NCBI GenBank assembly: GCA_964016885.1
Contig: OZ024748.1
Location: 30,194,001-30,258,000, forward strand
DNA length: 64,000 bases
Reading direction: 5' to 3'
DNA from: Eledone cirrhosa
Taxonomy: Eukaryota
The notes beneath the pieces are model-generated. The model had not been told where the DNA came from, did not search any database, and was given only the letters and a program-made list of their open reading frames with translations. Position numbers and translations under genes: made by a program. This document shows positions 50,501-63,168 of the stretch, piece by piece; position 1 is the first letter of the stretch, and every line of letters begins with the position of its first letter.

Positions 50501-52312
50501 AGAAGAAATTACAAACCTGGCAATCATAACAATTTTTGCTCTCCTTTTTTTTTCTTTGGTGTATCTTAAACAAGTCAAATAACATGGCTATTTTCACATT
50601 AGAAAGACAGATTTCACCAGAAGATTATGGAAGTTTTACTCTTTGCACATGTGTTTGTGAGTGTGTATAAACACACACACACACACACATGTACATATAT
50701 ATGTCTGTATGGATATTTGTGTGCGTGCATGTGTACATATGTATGGATATTTATATGTGTGTGTATGTATATATATCATCATCGTTTAACATCCATTTTC
50801 CTCACTTGCATAGGTTAGATGGGTTGTCACATTATGAGACAAGTCAGGAGACCTCATCTTGCTCATATGGATCTGTATTTTGGCTTGGTTTCTATGGCTA
50901 GATGCCCTTCCTAACACCAACCATGTTATAGTGTGGACTGGAAGCTTTTTATCATAGCACAAAAACAACTGTCTAACAGTGTGGACTGGTGTGTGTTGTG
51001 TCCCCAGCATGACAGGGTGAACTGGACACTTTCCATGTTACCCTCCAGATGGGGACCATGTGTTTCTCATGCATTCCATTTTTAGGCATATTTACTACAT
51101 TCAGATGTTCTTTCCTAACACCAACTACTTTATAGAGTGTACTAGATGTATTTCATTGTGGCAACAACACTAGAGAGGTGGTCATGCCCTCAGCTTGTGT
51201 TGTCTCCATTTTTCAATAATTGCACCAGAATTGTATTATGTTCCCAGCAGAAGTGTGTGTGATGTGGGGAAGAGAGAGAGGATAATGTGTGTATGAATTC
51301 CTTAATAGAGTAAAAAGGACTGGTGAGATAAATACCAATAAGTTCTTCCATTAACAACGATTCTTCCATTGTAACTAATTCAAAAGAAATTCACACAAAA
51401 GACAACTTTTGCCAAAGCACTAAGCATTTTATCACAGCAACAACACTAGAAAAGTTGTTTTTAATATGACTAAAGAGTTGTCTACCTTACGTTGTCTCTG
51501 TTCATGGCACTAACTCTATAGTCATGTCCTTCATATAACTGTAGAACCTTCTATACCTTTTTTGTATGGCTTATGCAGCTGGATGCCTTTCCTAACACCA
51601 TGCTGTTGCTGTTCCAATGCCAATGATTTTAAAGGGTGTACTGAGTGCATTTTATAATGGCACCAACACTAGATAGATCACCTTGTTGCAAGGTAGATGT
51701 GATGAATAGTAAAAATAGAGGGGTGGGGTTGTATTACAAGAGTGACAGGGGAGATAGTGATAAGATGGTGGGAAGTGAAGATTACGCAGTTGTTTGCTGG
51801 TAGGTGGTTGATTAGATAACAGCAATAGAAACATAGAGAGGACAGTAGAAGGGTTGGATGATGGTTGTAGGACAGCATTTTAGCTCTTTTATATAAATCT
51901 AAAAACAAACAAAATCATTATTTATAATAAAGGGTATTTATTATGCAGCTGCATGTGTGTGTATATATATGTATGCAAAAGGCAAACAGAAATAACAAAG
52001 CAAACGACACAGTACAATGAGATATATATGTGGGAATATGAATACACGTGTGTACAAATGTTTATATGTGTGTGAATATACATACACATGTTCAAATGTA
52101 TATGTGCATGTGTAAATATTTATATATATGTGTGCATGTATGTGAATATACATGTTCATGTGCAAATATATATGTGTGTGAATATATACACACATCAGTG
52201 TAAATGTTTAATATACACACAAACATGTATGTAAATGTTATGCTACAATATTTTTATATATATATATATATATTATATATATTATTATGTAATAAACAAC
52301 ATAAGGCAATTA

Positions 52313-52372
52313 TTCCATTTACCAGTGGTTTCTTAAAAGCAAAAGGTTTTGCTTTCAATCCTCAGAATGGAA
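52313..52372 (-). ncRNA. Type I hammerhead ribozyme motif (GUA), inverted copy
   Basis: Exact reverse complement of 56065-56124. Confidence 0.8.
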
Positions 52373-52518
52373 AAAATCCTGGTTTGTTTATTGAATTTGG
52401 ATTTTAAAAACAAAAATGCAATCTATATGAAAGTGAGGCTGGAGAAGGAAGAAGGAAGGGAAAATAAAATAAAACTACACATGCAAACACACACACATAA
52501 AAACACAAAAGCATACAT

Positions 52519-52574
<56 letters not shown>

Positions 52575-52583
52575 TATATATAT

Positions 52584-52614
<31 letters not shown>

Positions 52615-52633
52615 CATACACATACATACACAC

Positions 52634-52666
<33 letters not shown>

Positions 52667-53079
52667 TATATATATATATGTGTGTGTGTGTGTGTACAAG
52701 CATACACATACACAAACATAGCCATACACACACACATATACATACATACATTCACACATTCATACATATATACACACGTACATACATACACATACATAAA
52801 TGCACTCCTCTACATATTCACACACGCAAATAAATATAAGAAAAAAAATTATATATATATATTAAACATTTTAGACACCGATACATAAGGCAGCAGCTAA
52901 CTGGACAGACACGCGTGGTAAGTAATACACACAAATGCAGGTATACATACGTACAAAATAGTAAATACATACACACACTCTCACACATAAATATACATAT
53001 ACAAATACATAAACACATACATACACAAACACGCACACGTATACAATATATACACACACATATGTATATGTAATTACAT

Positions 53080-53119
<40 letters not shown>

Positions 53120-53219
53120 AAATATAAACACACACACAGACACATATATGTATACATACACAGCTATACAATTATACACATACAAATACGTACACATAAA
53201 CACGCACAACCAAATACAA

Positions 53220-53252
<33 letters not shown>

Positions 53253-53265
53253 CACACGCACATAT

Positions 53266-53314
<49 letters not shown>

Positions 53315-53440
53315 CATATACATATGCATACACACACACATACATGTGTGTATGTGTAAAACTCAGTCTTAGATAATTCATATGAACCTTACATATACAT
53401 ATATATAGTAGTAAAGTAATAAAGCAACATAAGGCAATTA

Positions 53441-53500
53441 TTCCATTCACCAGTGGTTTCTTAAAAGCAAAAAATTTTTCCTTCAATCTTCAGAATGAAA
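53441..53500 (-). ncRNA. Type I hammerhead motif (GUG variant), inverted copy
   Basis: Reverse complement of 55026-55085. Confidence 0.65.
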
Positions 53501-53796
53501 AAAACCTGGTCTATCCACATATACATACATATACGCACACACATATATACATACACATACACACATATATATATATACATACATATATACATATATATAT
53601 ATATACACACAAATATACATACACATACACATAGGTATGTGAAGGGCAAGGCAAAAAATAATATATGGGGGGGGGGACATAAGAGAAGGTGAAATATAAG
53701 GGGAGGTAAGGGAGAAAAAAAAAAAGTAAATATACAAGAGTACAGAACGTAGAATCAGCAAAATATTACTATCCTTGAGTTCCCACACCTTACTTG

Positions 53797-54745
53797 ATCT
53801 ACTTACTGCCTCTTTTAAACCCTATCATAAACCTAATGAAAATCTTAGGTATATACACAAAGAGTCTTGCCATCCCCCTATAATTTTAATAATCTTATTC
53901 CTAACATTAGCCGTAGGATTTCTACCTTATCTTCGTCTATGGACATTTTTAATAAAGCCGCCCCTTATTATAATAAACCCCTTAAGAACAGCGGTTTTAC
54001 AGAAAAAATTTCTTATTTACCTACTCCCCCCCCCCCCCCTAAAACTAACCACAATAACAGGAAAAGGAAGATTATTTGGTTCACACCCCCCTTCTCTCTA
54101 ACTGTCAAAACTAATGTAGGAAGGAAATTCCTTGAACTATTAGACAAACATTTTCCTCCTAATCATAGATATTATAAGATTTTTAATAGGAACGTAGTTA
54201 AGATCAGCTACTCTTGTTGCCCATCCATGAAGTCCAAAATCACCAGTTCAAACCGTACGAGAATAAATCCAGGATGCAGTTGCAGGAAGCCGGATGAATG
54301 CCCATTGCAGGGTAAATGTAACACCAAATCTGTCGTTTATGAGGCTAAGATAACACCGGTAATCAACAACCAGCCAGCCAGGAGTGAGCAATATGTCGGT
54401 ATGGCCCAGGACAGGTTTAAAACCAGATTTTACTCACATGTCACTTCTTTTAAGCACTCCGATAAACGAACATCAACGGCCCTCGCAAGTAAGGTGTGGG
54501 AACTCAAGGATAGTAATATCCCGTACTCTATTGATTGGTCTATATTAGACTATTCGAGGGAGTACCAAAGGGGCATAAAGAATTGTTCTTTGTGTACCAC
54601 AGAAAAGTATAGGATTTTGCTAAACTTGAGAGCCACTTCCGCTTGCCTTAACTCAAAGACTGAGATCTTCAGATGCTGTCCTCATCTGAAATCACATCTG
54701 ATCTGCAACTGGATTGAAACTCCTATGATAAATCAACCGCCTTGA
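53797..54745 (+). pseudogene. PLE polyprotein C-terminus: RT thumb, CxCx5C linker, GIY-YIG endonuclease (frameshift near 53880)
   Basis: KPYHKPN...YIHKESCHPP; KIIWFTPPFS...KHFPP...KISYSC; CSCRKPDEC; VVYEAK...YVGMA...FKTRFYSH; CSLCTTEK...LNSKTE...CPH. Confidence 0.88.
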
Positions 54746-55025
54746 ACTCCTCTGCTCTTTACTTCTGCTACGGTTTTTATTTTGCTGATTCTACGTTCTG
54801 TACTCTTGTATATTTACTTTTTTTTTTTTTCTCCTTTACCTCCCCTTATATTTCACCTTCTCTTATGTGTCCCCCCCCCCCCCATATATTATTTTTTGCC
54901 TTGATCTTCACATACCTATGTGTATGTGTATGTATATTTGTGTGTATATATATGTATGTATATATATATGTATGTGTATATATATGTATATATGTGTGTG
55001 TGTATATGTGGATAGACCAGGTTTT

Positions 55026-55085
55026 TTTCATTCTGAAGATTGAAGGAAAAATTTTTTGCTTTTAAGAAACCACTGGTGAATGGAA
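55026..55085 (+). ncRNA. Type I hammerhead motif with non-canonical GUG triplet
   Basis: tttcatt-CTGAAGA-stem II-GAAAC-cactg-GTG-aatggaa. Confidence 0.65.
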
Positions 55086-55221
55086 TAATTGCCTTATGTT
55101 GCTTTATTACTTTACTACTATATATATGTATATGTAAGGTTCATATGAATTATCTAAGACTGAGTTTTACACATACACACATGTATGTGTGTGTGTATGT
55201 GTATGCATATGTATATATATG

Positions 55222-55258
<37 letters not shown>

Positions 55259-55277
55259 GTGTGTATATGTGCGTCTG

Positions 55278-55310
<33 letters not shown>

Positions 55311-55768
55311 GTGTTTGTATTTGGTTGTGCGGGTTTATGATATGTACGTATTTGTATGTGTATAATTGTATAGCTGTATGTAATTGTGTGTGTATGTATA
55401 CATATATGTGTGTGTGTATATATTGTATACGTGTGCGTGTTTGTGTATGTATGTGTTTATGTATTTGTATATGTATATTTATGTGTGAGAGTGTGTGTAT
55501 GTATTTACTATTTTGTACGTATGTATACCTGCATTTGTGTGTATTACTTACCACGCGTGTCTGTCCAGTTAGCTGCCTTCTGTATCGGTGTCTAAAATGT
55601 TTAATATATATATATATATTTTTTTCTTATATTTATTTGCGTGTGTGAATATGTAGAGGAGTGCATTTATGTATGTACGTGTGTATATATGTATGAATGT
55701 GTGAATGTATGTATGTATATGTGTGTGTGTATGGCTATGTATGTGTTATGCTTGTACACACATATATA

Positions 55769-55817
<49 letters not shown>

Positions 55818-56064
55818 ATGTATGATGTTATGTGTATGCGTATGTATATATGTGCGTATATGTATGTATGTATGTATATATATATATAGATATATATATA
55901 TATATATATGTGTGTGTATGTATGCTTTTGTGTTTTTTTGTGTGTGTGTTTGCATGTGTAGTTTTATTTTATTTTCCCTTCCTTCTTCCTTCTCCAGCCT
56001 CACTTTCATATAGATTGCATTTTTGTTTTTAAAATCCAAATTCAATAAACAAACCAGGATTTTT

Positions 56065-56124
56065 TTCCATTCTGAGGATTGAAAGCAAAACCTTTTGCTT
56101 TTAAGAAACCACTGGTAAATGGAA
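56065..56124 (+). ncRNA. Type I hammerhead ribozyme (GUA), predicted cleavage after 56117
   Basis: Stem I ttccatt/aatggaa; core CTGAGGA 56072-56078; stem II ttgaaagcaaaa/ttttgcttttaa; GAAAC 56105-56109; stem III ACC/GGT; GTA 56115-56117. Confidence 0.82.
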
Positions 56125-56369
56125 TAATTGCCTTATGTTGTTTATTACATAATAATAATTAAGCTCTGTTACCTACATAGAGCACTCTTTTTTCCTGGAC
56201 TTTTCCGACGGAATTACTTCATTCACACATATATATATATATATATATTAGCCGAAATCTGATTCTTGTTGTTGTTATTTTTATTATTAATCAATTAATT
56301 AACATTGAATTATTCCCCCAAAATACGATGTTGAATACAAGCGACTGAAATGGGGTTCCTCCGAAGCGT

Positions 56370-56690
56370 CTTTGGAGTAACATTCTCAGAAATCAGAGAG
56401 TCACTCTAGGTAGAGCCACTACTTCTCTGAATTGAGAGATCACAGCTCCAATACTATGGGCATGTGGTTAGAATGTCCCAGGAAAGAATTGCTGGATAGA
56501 TTTTACAGGTAAAACCAACCGGCAGGAGACCCAGGGGTAGACCTGGAGCAAGATGGTTGGATAACATCCATGAGCTTGGCTGGTCTCACTTGGAGATCCA
56601 GCCAGATCAGTTGGAAAGTTACTTCTGATAGGAACCACTGGAAGGAGTGTTTGAGGACTCCCGGGAATAAGTGGATGAAGAAGAAGAATT
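56370..56690 (+). mobile_element. RTE-type LINE 3' fragment (related piece at 59400-59545)
   Basis: LQYYGHVVRMSQERIA..ILQVKPTGRRPRGRP..RWLDNI. Confidence 0.7.
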
Positions 56691-57632
56691 ATTCCTCAAT
56701 GTCTGCTAACCTCCTTTACATCAATAAATAAAGTCATTTTGTAAATAATTAGCTTTCACACATACATATAACTAATTTTCTCCAAAAACTACCAAAAACC
56801 GTCCATCATAATTTTATGTAAGAACCTTTGTTATATTCTAAATTATAAATTCTTAATAATTAGAAAGTTAGTTGCATTACTAAACCCCTGCAAATTCTTG
56901 ATTATTTGAAAAATCACAGGCAGCATCTTTTCTAAAAAATATAGTAACAAAGGGGTTAAAAACATAGTGTCTTTCTTTAGAAATATGGTAACGAAAAGGT
57001 AAAAACTGTTTATATTTATCTACAATACAAAACTGTTTCTTTTATCTAAAAATTTCTATCATAATTTTATGTAATTAAACAAAAACATTATGAATGGATG
57101 AAGCTAGTAAAATACTTCAGCAAATTTACCACATCCTTCTCAATCATCATTCATCATCATCACCACCATTTAATGTCTATTTTCCATACTTGCAAGGGTT
57201 AGATGGGCTGTCATGTTATGTGGCTAGACCACATCCAGCTTAAATGATCCATTTTTTTTGCTTTGTGCCATGGCTTGATACCCTCCAAATGCCAACCACA
57301 TTACAGCGTGTACTGGGAGCTTTTTTCGTGGCACCACCATTACCACTGTATGGGGATACAAAAACAATTAGTATTATTAGGTTCACACTTTGAATGAAAG
57401 AGAAAAAAAGTCTAACCTATCCGACATTAGTCCTTCACCAGGAGAGTTCAATAGGAGGTAGATTTTTTTTTTAAATTAGAAAAAGGGGGACAAGTGTGTG
57501 TGTGTTGTTTTTAATTTTTTGAATTTCTATTGATTGTTGTATCTATTCTACTATTAAAATACCACAAATTCTTTCCTCCCATCACTATGAAAGTCTGTTA
57601 CGTCCATTTGACTGCAGGACAAGAAAAAGTCT

Positions 57633-57704
57633 TCATTTACGAATATGTTGTTGAGAAATTTTCTTTAGGTTCTGCCATTTCCTTTGTTGGGACTGGTAAC
57701 TCAT
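57633..57704 (-). CDS. CCDC113: CCDC113 terminal coding exon
   Basis: caacag|ATG AGT TAC...AAA TGA; MSYQSQQRKWQNLKKISQQHIRK. Confidence 0.82.
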   Translation of the reverse strand: MSYQSQQRKWQNLKKISQQHIRK

Positions 57705-60700
57705 CTGTTGATCAAATATAGAAATTAAAATTTAAAAAAAGGAGAAATTAGAAGTTAATCTCTTTAATACCAAATCGACTGAAACCACCCCTGGTTCTAT
57801 AATACAAAACAGTTTGTTTTAAAGTCTTTATATTTATCTAAAACTCTTCTATCATAATTTTATGTAAGTACCTGTGTTTAGTTATGTTCCAAACACCAGC
57901 TTAATACGGAGAAAGTTAGTTATATTACTCCAAATTTATGATTATTTAAAATATTGTAACAAATGGTTTAATGAAAGTTAGGGTTATCATTTTACATCTG
58001 TAGCTTATTCTGATTATGCAACTGAGAATACGAGACTTCCCTCCCTGGATGAGGTGCTAGTCTAGTGATACTAATGTTCAACTGAGTCAATGTGAATTGG
58101 ATCTATGAGAAATAAAGTGCCTTGCTGAAGGACACAGGGTGTCACCCAGTCTAAGAATTGAACCCATGACTTTACAATCATCAACTCATCACACTAACCA
58201 CTAGGCCAATGCACCTTCAGTAGATATAACCCTGGCCATCAGTGAAATTTGAACTCTGGGTCTAAAGTGATGGAACAGAGCATGTATTTGGATGTAATAT
58301 ATTAACCCCTAATATTACTGGTAGTAAACATTAACTCCATGATGTGTAAGGTGGTAGTGAGGGCATGTGTATTGTCTGTTAGATGTAGTTTATTAACATA
58401 TGTTACTAAACATTACTTACTTTAATAATTTCAACTTTCCTCTGCCAGGTTTTCTGGTCTTTCCTCAAGTCTCTACCTTTTGCTGCCTCGGTAACAAAAT
58501 CCATAACAGCCGGAACTTGATAATCTGATAAATATTCTTTTAAACTCTGATTTAATTTCGTTGCCTCAATTTTTTGCTGCAATATAAATAAGTCTGATAA
58601 CAGTAGTGGTTATTAAATTAGGTAATTGTTTTGTGGGGGTGGGAAAAGTAGATAAAATAGAGGACAGTAGTTGACTGGTACATTATTTTGTCAAAGTAAA
58701 GAACTAGTTGACTGGTAAATTATTTTGTCAAAGTAGAGTACAGTAGTTGACTGGTACATTATTTTGTCAAAGTAGAGTACAGTAGTTGACTGGTACATTA
58801 TTTTGTCAAAGAGTACAGTAGTTGACTGGTACATTATTTTGTCAAAGAGTACAGTAGTTGACTGGTACATTATTTTGTCATTTCCACAGAAGGTAGAAAG
58901 GCAAAGATTTGAAGATGGAGTAAAGAAATACTACAAAACATTTTGACTGAGATGCTCTAACAACTCTGCCAATCTAACACCCTAATAATAACAATGGTTT
59001 CTTTATTATTTATTTATTTATACCAGTGGTATAGTGGTGAAAGAGCATGGCTCAATAGTTAGAGAATTGAATTCACAATCGTGAGGTTGTGAGTTCAATT
59101 TTCGGACCAGGCAATGCACAAGACACTTTATTTCACAGTTCTCTTTCTGCTAGGAGTTTCAACCACTAGATAGTATCAGCAATAAAAAGACCAATAGAAA
59201 CATTGTTTTATTGGTCTGATTTGACAAATTCCACCTCACTCAGTAAGCAAATGAAGTTTGAGATCTTAGTTCAAATCCCGCCGTGGTTAACTTTACCTTT
59301 CATCCTTATGGGGTCGATAAAATAAAGTACCAGTAATGCACTGGGTAATTGCTGGCCTTGTGCCAAAAGTAGAAACAATTATTTATTTGAACCATCAAGT
59401 CAAGAGACCAGACATATATGTTAGAACATCTCAGGAAAGAATCGCAAGCAAAATGGTTGGTCTCGCTTAGGGATCCAGCCAGATCAATTGGAGATGGTTA
59501 ATTCTGACAGGACCCACTGGAAGGAGTGTTTTAGGACTCTACTACCCCACAAACATTTATTTACACCCGTTTTCCATGCTATCCTATGGTGAAAGAGTCA
59601 TAACGGTCTAAGAGAAGACATAATCAGATAACCATGTCTTGCTCAAATATTCCATATTATGGCATGGTTTCTACTTCTTCACACACTGCCTATAATTCTT
59701 TTAATCATTTGGAAAGATTTAAAATATATAACTAACATTATTGTTAGTAAACAGATGTTTGGCACATAACTTAACAAAAGTTCTTACATAAAATTATGAT
59801 AAATATTACAATTAAATTTATCTACTTTTTTCCATCTCACACAATCTAACATTAATGGTCTCAGTTCTTCACTGGATAATTCTGTATCTTCTTCAATTAC
59901 TTTTTAATGTCTTCAGAGGTCTTATGTGTTTGTGTTTCACAGTAGCGGGCTCCGATTGTAAAAGTTTTGTATTAAGTTCATTGCCTCTCATGACATGACC
60001 TGCAAGTTGAAGACTCCTGATACAGCTGGTATGGCTAAATAGGCTGTAGAAGACTCCTGATACAGATGGTATGGCTAATAGGCAGGAGGATGCCATAGAG
60101 AATTTTGTTTGTAATACGGTAAAGAGATTTAATGTTTTTTATCCTTCTTAGCATTGGATAAATATAACCACTTTAAAACAAACAGTTTTGTCCTGTAGAA
60201 CCAGGAGCAGCTTCAGGTGGTTTGATATTAAAAGGGGTTGAACTGTATATCAACCACAATGGTATCAACAATCTTGGAAGAGCTAGAAAAGACATAGGCA
60301 CTGCCCCTCCTCTAACTAAATTGTAACCAAAAATATCTTACCTCAGTGACTTGCTCAAATTCTGAATCAATCTTGGCTTGAAGGTCTTCTTGAATTTTAA
60401 TTTCTGTATTGAGCTTTTTGGATTCTAGCATTAGTTCTTGAAGTTTTTTCTACAAAATATAGTCAACATTTTTATGTATAAATATAACCACTTTAAAACA
60501 AACAGTTTTGTCATGTAGAACCAGGGGCAGCTTCAGGTGGTTTGATATTAAAAGGGGTTGAACTGTATATCAACCAAATTGGTTGAATATAGTACCAGTT
60601 GAAAATAAAGTACCAGTAATGTACTGGGTAATTGCTGGCCTTGTGCCAAAAGTAGAAACAATTATTTTTATGTATAGGTGGGCAACTAAAAACTATACTC

Positions 60701-61892
60701 TAAAAGTCTAAACAACACTTAAAAACATTTTAGATAGCAAAATATTAAAACTTCATAAAGATATTTTCCACTTATGGGAATTTATAAAACATCTCCATCT
60801 AAGCACTATGTTGATTAGCTGCCATGCTTATACACAGGGTTTGAATTTTTGTTCATTCCCCAGGCATAAAATATGATGTGGGGGATACTAATATTCGGAT
60901 CAGTATATAAGGTAATAGATGAAAAATGTTACTTTGATAGAATTTAGAGCCTGTTGTGTTTTTCCAGCTTCCTGTTTCAGTTGGAGTAGATCACTATTTC
61001 TCTCTTCAATTCTTTCCATATATTGTTGATTTTCAATTTTTAACTGATTAAAATCAACTGCATGCAACACTTCACCCATTTCCTCTTTCTGAAAAATATG
61101 CAATGTAAGCAAGTTTATAAATTATCTGACACTTAATCCATGATTCATTTTTAACATCCTATCCAATATGAAACAGCACTTGCAAGACATTCTTGAAAAG
61201 CATGAAACAATACCACGACTACATCATATTAAAAATGTCTTTACAGCAATCAGTAAAGATACTACAAAACAAACATTTGAATTAACAAACACATTTCTAG
61301 ATATCTGCTAAATCATTACAGGTTATTTATTTATTTAATCAATTTAAATGCCGAGCTAGTAAGCCATGGCAGACTAGGGAAAGTATCTAGTATTTCTTAC
61401 GGTTGAGAAACAAAAAGCAAGATTAGTGAATGAATATAAAAATAAAAATAAAACAACAATGAACAAATGAGTGGGGTGGAACTCATCAGATCAAACTAAG
61501 GAAACAATGTTTCCATTGGTCTTTACAATTGCTAATACTATCTTACTATCTACCAGTCACAACTGGCAGAGCAACATACAATAAAGTGTCTTGCTCAAAG
61601 ACATAATGCATCGCCTGCTCTGGGAATTAAATTCGCAACCTCACTAAATAAATAATCAAAGTAGTGAAGGCCAAATGGAAGGAAGAATAAGCATAAAAGA
61701 AGGGGGGGAAAATGTTATTTAACAACATTGCATGTGCAGCATTTAGAAAATGTGACTACATCATATTAACAAAATATGACAAGGGAAAGGAAAATAAATG
61801 TTAACGTCTACCTGCTTAAGTTGAAGAAGAAGTTTTTTCATTTGGGTTCTCTGAGTTGCAATTTTCAGCCGAAACTTCTCTATGAGGGCATC
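57633..61892 (-). CDS. CCDC113: Coiled-coil domain-containing protein 113 (CFAP263), last five coding exons; 5' exons lie beyond the window
   Basis: Exons 61892-61812, 61088-60933, 60449-60342, 58576-58421, 57704-57633, all phase 0 with GT-AG. DALIEKFRLK...LLQLKQ KEEMGEVLHAVDFNQLKIENQQY...DYQVPAVMDFV...WQRKVEIIK MSYQSQQRKWQ-stop matches the CCDC113 C-terminal half. Confidence 0.9.
58421..58576 (-). CDS. CCDC113: CCDC113 exon
   Basis: gcag|CAA...AAA|gtaagt; 52 codons. Confidence 0.88.
58660..58880. repeat. 34-39-bp minisatellite (agtacagtagttgactggtacattattttgtcaaag), 6 units, inside a - strand SINE family 1 copy (~58620-58975)
   Basis: Direct inspection. Confidence 0.8.
59268..59382 (+). 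mobile_element. SINE family 1, 5'-truncated
   Basis: agttcaaatcccgcc...gtagaaacaatta; a 3'-only piece is at 60603-60664. Confidence 0.8.
60342..60449 (-). CDS. CCDC113: CCDC113 exon
   Basis: gtag|AAA...GAG|gtaag; KKLQELMLESKKLNTEIK...EQVTE. Confidence 0.85.
60933..61088 (-). CDS. CCDC113: CCDC113 exon
   Basis: ttcag|AAA...AAA|gtaac; KEEMGEVLHAVDFNQLKIEN...NSIK. Confidence 0.9.
61812..61892 (-). CDS. CCDC113: CCDC113 exon
   Basis: gtcag|GAT...CAG|gtagac; DALIEKFRLKIATQRTQMKKLLLQLKQ. Confidence 0.85.
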
Positions 61893-62124
61893 CTGACAAA
61901 ATATCATTTGAATAGTTTCAAATTTTAGATTTTCATTTTCACATATGCATGTAGTAAGTCTTAGTGGATAGAGTCTTTAGTTCTCAAATCTGAGTTTCTT
62001 AGGTTGTGAGTTCAGTTCTCAGACCAGACTGTGTTGTGTCATTGAGCAAGACACATTGTTTCATGTTGCTCCAGTCCACTCAGCTGTATAAAATGAGTTG
62101 TGATGACACTGGTGCCAAGCTGTG

Positions 62125-62701
62125 TCTTCCTAACACCAACCACGTTTACAGTGTGGACTGGGCGGTTTTTACCGTGTTACCTACACGGCCACATTACAGC
62201 GTGGACAGTGTGTTTTTTTTGTCGTGGCACCTAGACAGCCTCATTTATTTCGGACTGGATGTTGTGGTACCAACATAACTTTACATCGAAAGGGGTGGTG
62301 TGGATGGGGTGGGGGTAGTGGGACGGGGGTGTATTTTTGTTAAGAGGTGCCTACTGACTGTAGGTTTCGCTTTGTACTTAGGCAAGGCGGGTCTTCTGTA
62401 TTACTGTGTAGTGCCAAAAATCTCTGTCCAGTGACATTGTCTTGGAGAGGTGTAAGTGTGTGAGGTTGGAATTTATCAAGTCGTCCCAGGTTTTTCTGAG
62501 TCTGCCTACTCCGTGGCTACCGTCTATTTTTATCGCCCTGCAATTTTTTATACAGCTGTCGTCTTTCATGCGCATCACGTGACCATACCAACATAGTATT
62601 CTTTCGAGTAAACAACATCTGATCCCTCTTATTCCTAATTTCTCCCTTAGTTCATTTATGCTTTGCCGTTCATGTATATTACTATTACACATCCAACGGA
62701 G
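62125..62701 (-). mobile_element. RTE LINE family A 3' fragment
   Basis: [18 protein letters not shown]...QKTRLA plus 3' UTR matching 8800-9370. Confidence 0.9.
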
Positions 62702-62838
62702 ATTTACCCATCTGCATTGTTGAGGCTTCCAAAACGACCCCCCCCCTCCCCAAAAAGAATTTTTTATTATTCCACAATGCTTCAAGCAAACTTCAATACT
62801 ATCATATATATATACATATATATATATATACATATATG

Positions 62839-62885
<47 letters not shown>

Positions 62886-63168
62886 GTATATGTATATATG
62901 TATATATGTATATATATATATGTATATATATATATGTATATATATATATATGTATATATATGTATATATATATACATATATACATAAATATGTGTATAGT
63001 CCTATACGAGAGAGACATGATCACCCGACCAATCTTGCCTCGAATGGGACAATTCCCGTCTAATCCATGCTAGTGTGGAAGATAGATGTTAAACGATGAT
63101 GATGATGATATATGTATATATATATATACACACACACATATATATATACATATAAATATATATATATA

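Larger units (their letters stand above)
52280..56157 (+). mobile_element. Penelope-like element (Naiad-like), 5'-truncated, with inverted pLTR
   Basis: Arms 52280-53764 and 54779-56157 are reverse complements and enclose the RT-thumb/GIY-YIG coding fragment; hammerhead motifs are present in both arms. Confidence 0.88.

Noticed and set aside
54270-54800. Possible selenocysteine recoding in the Naiad-like element
   Set aside because: All conserved Cys positions use TGT/TGC, the only TGA is terminal, and no SECIS-like hairpin was recognisable by eye.
60010-60085. ~40-bp tandem duplication in a CCDC113 intron
   Set aside because: Ordinary local slippage duplication.
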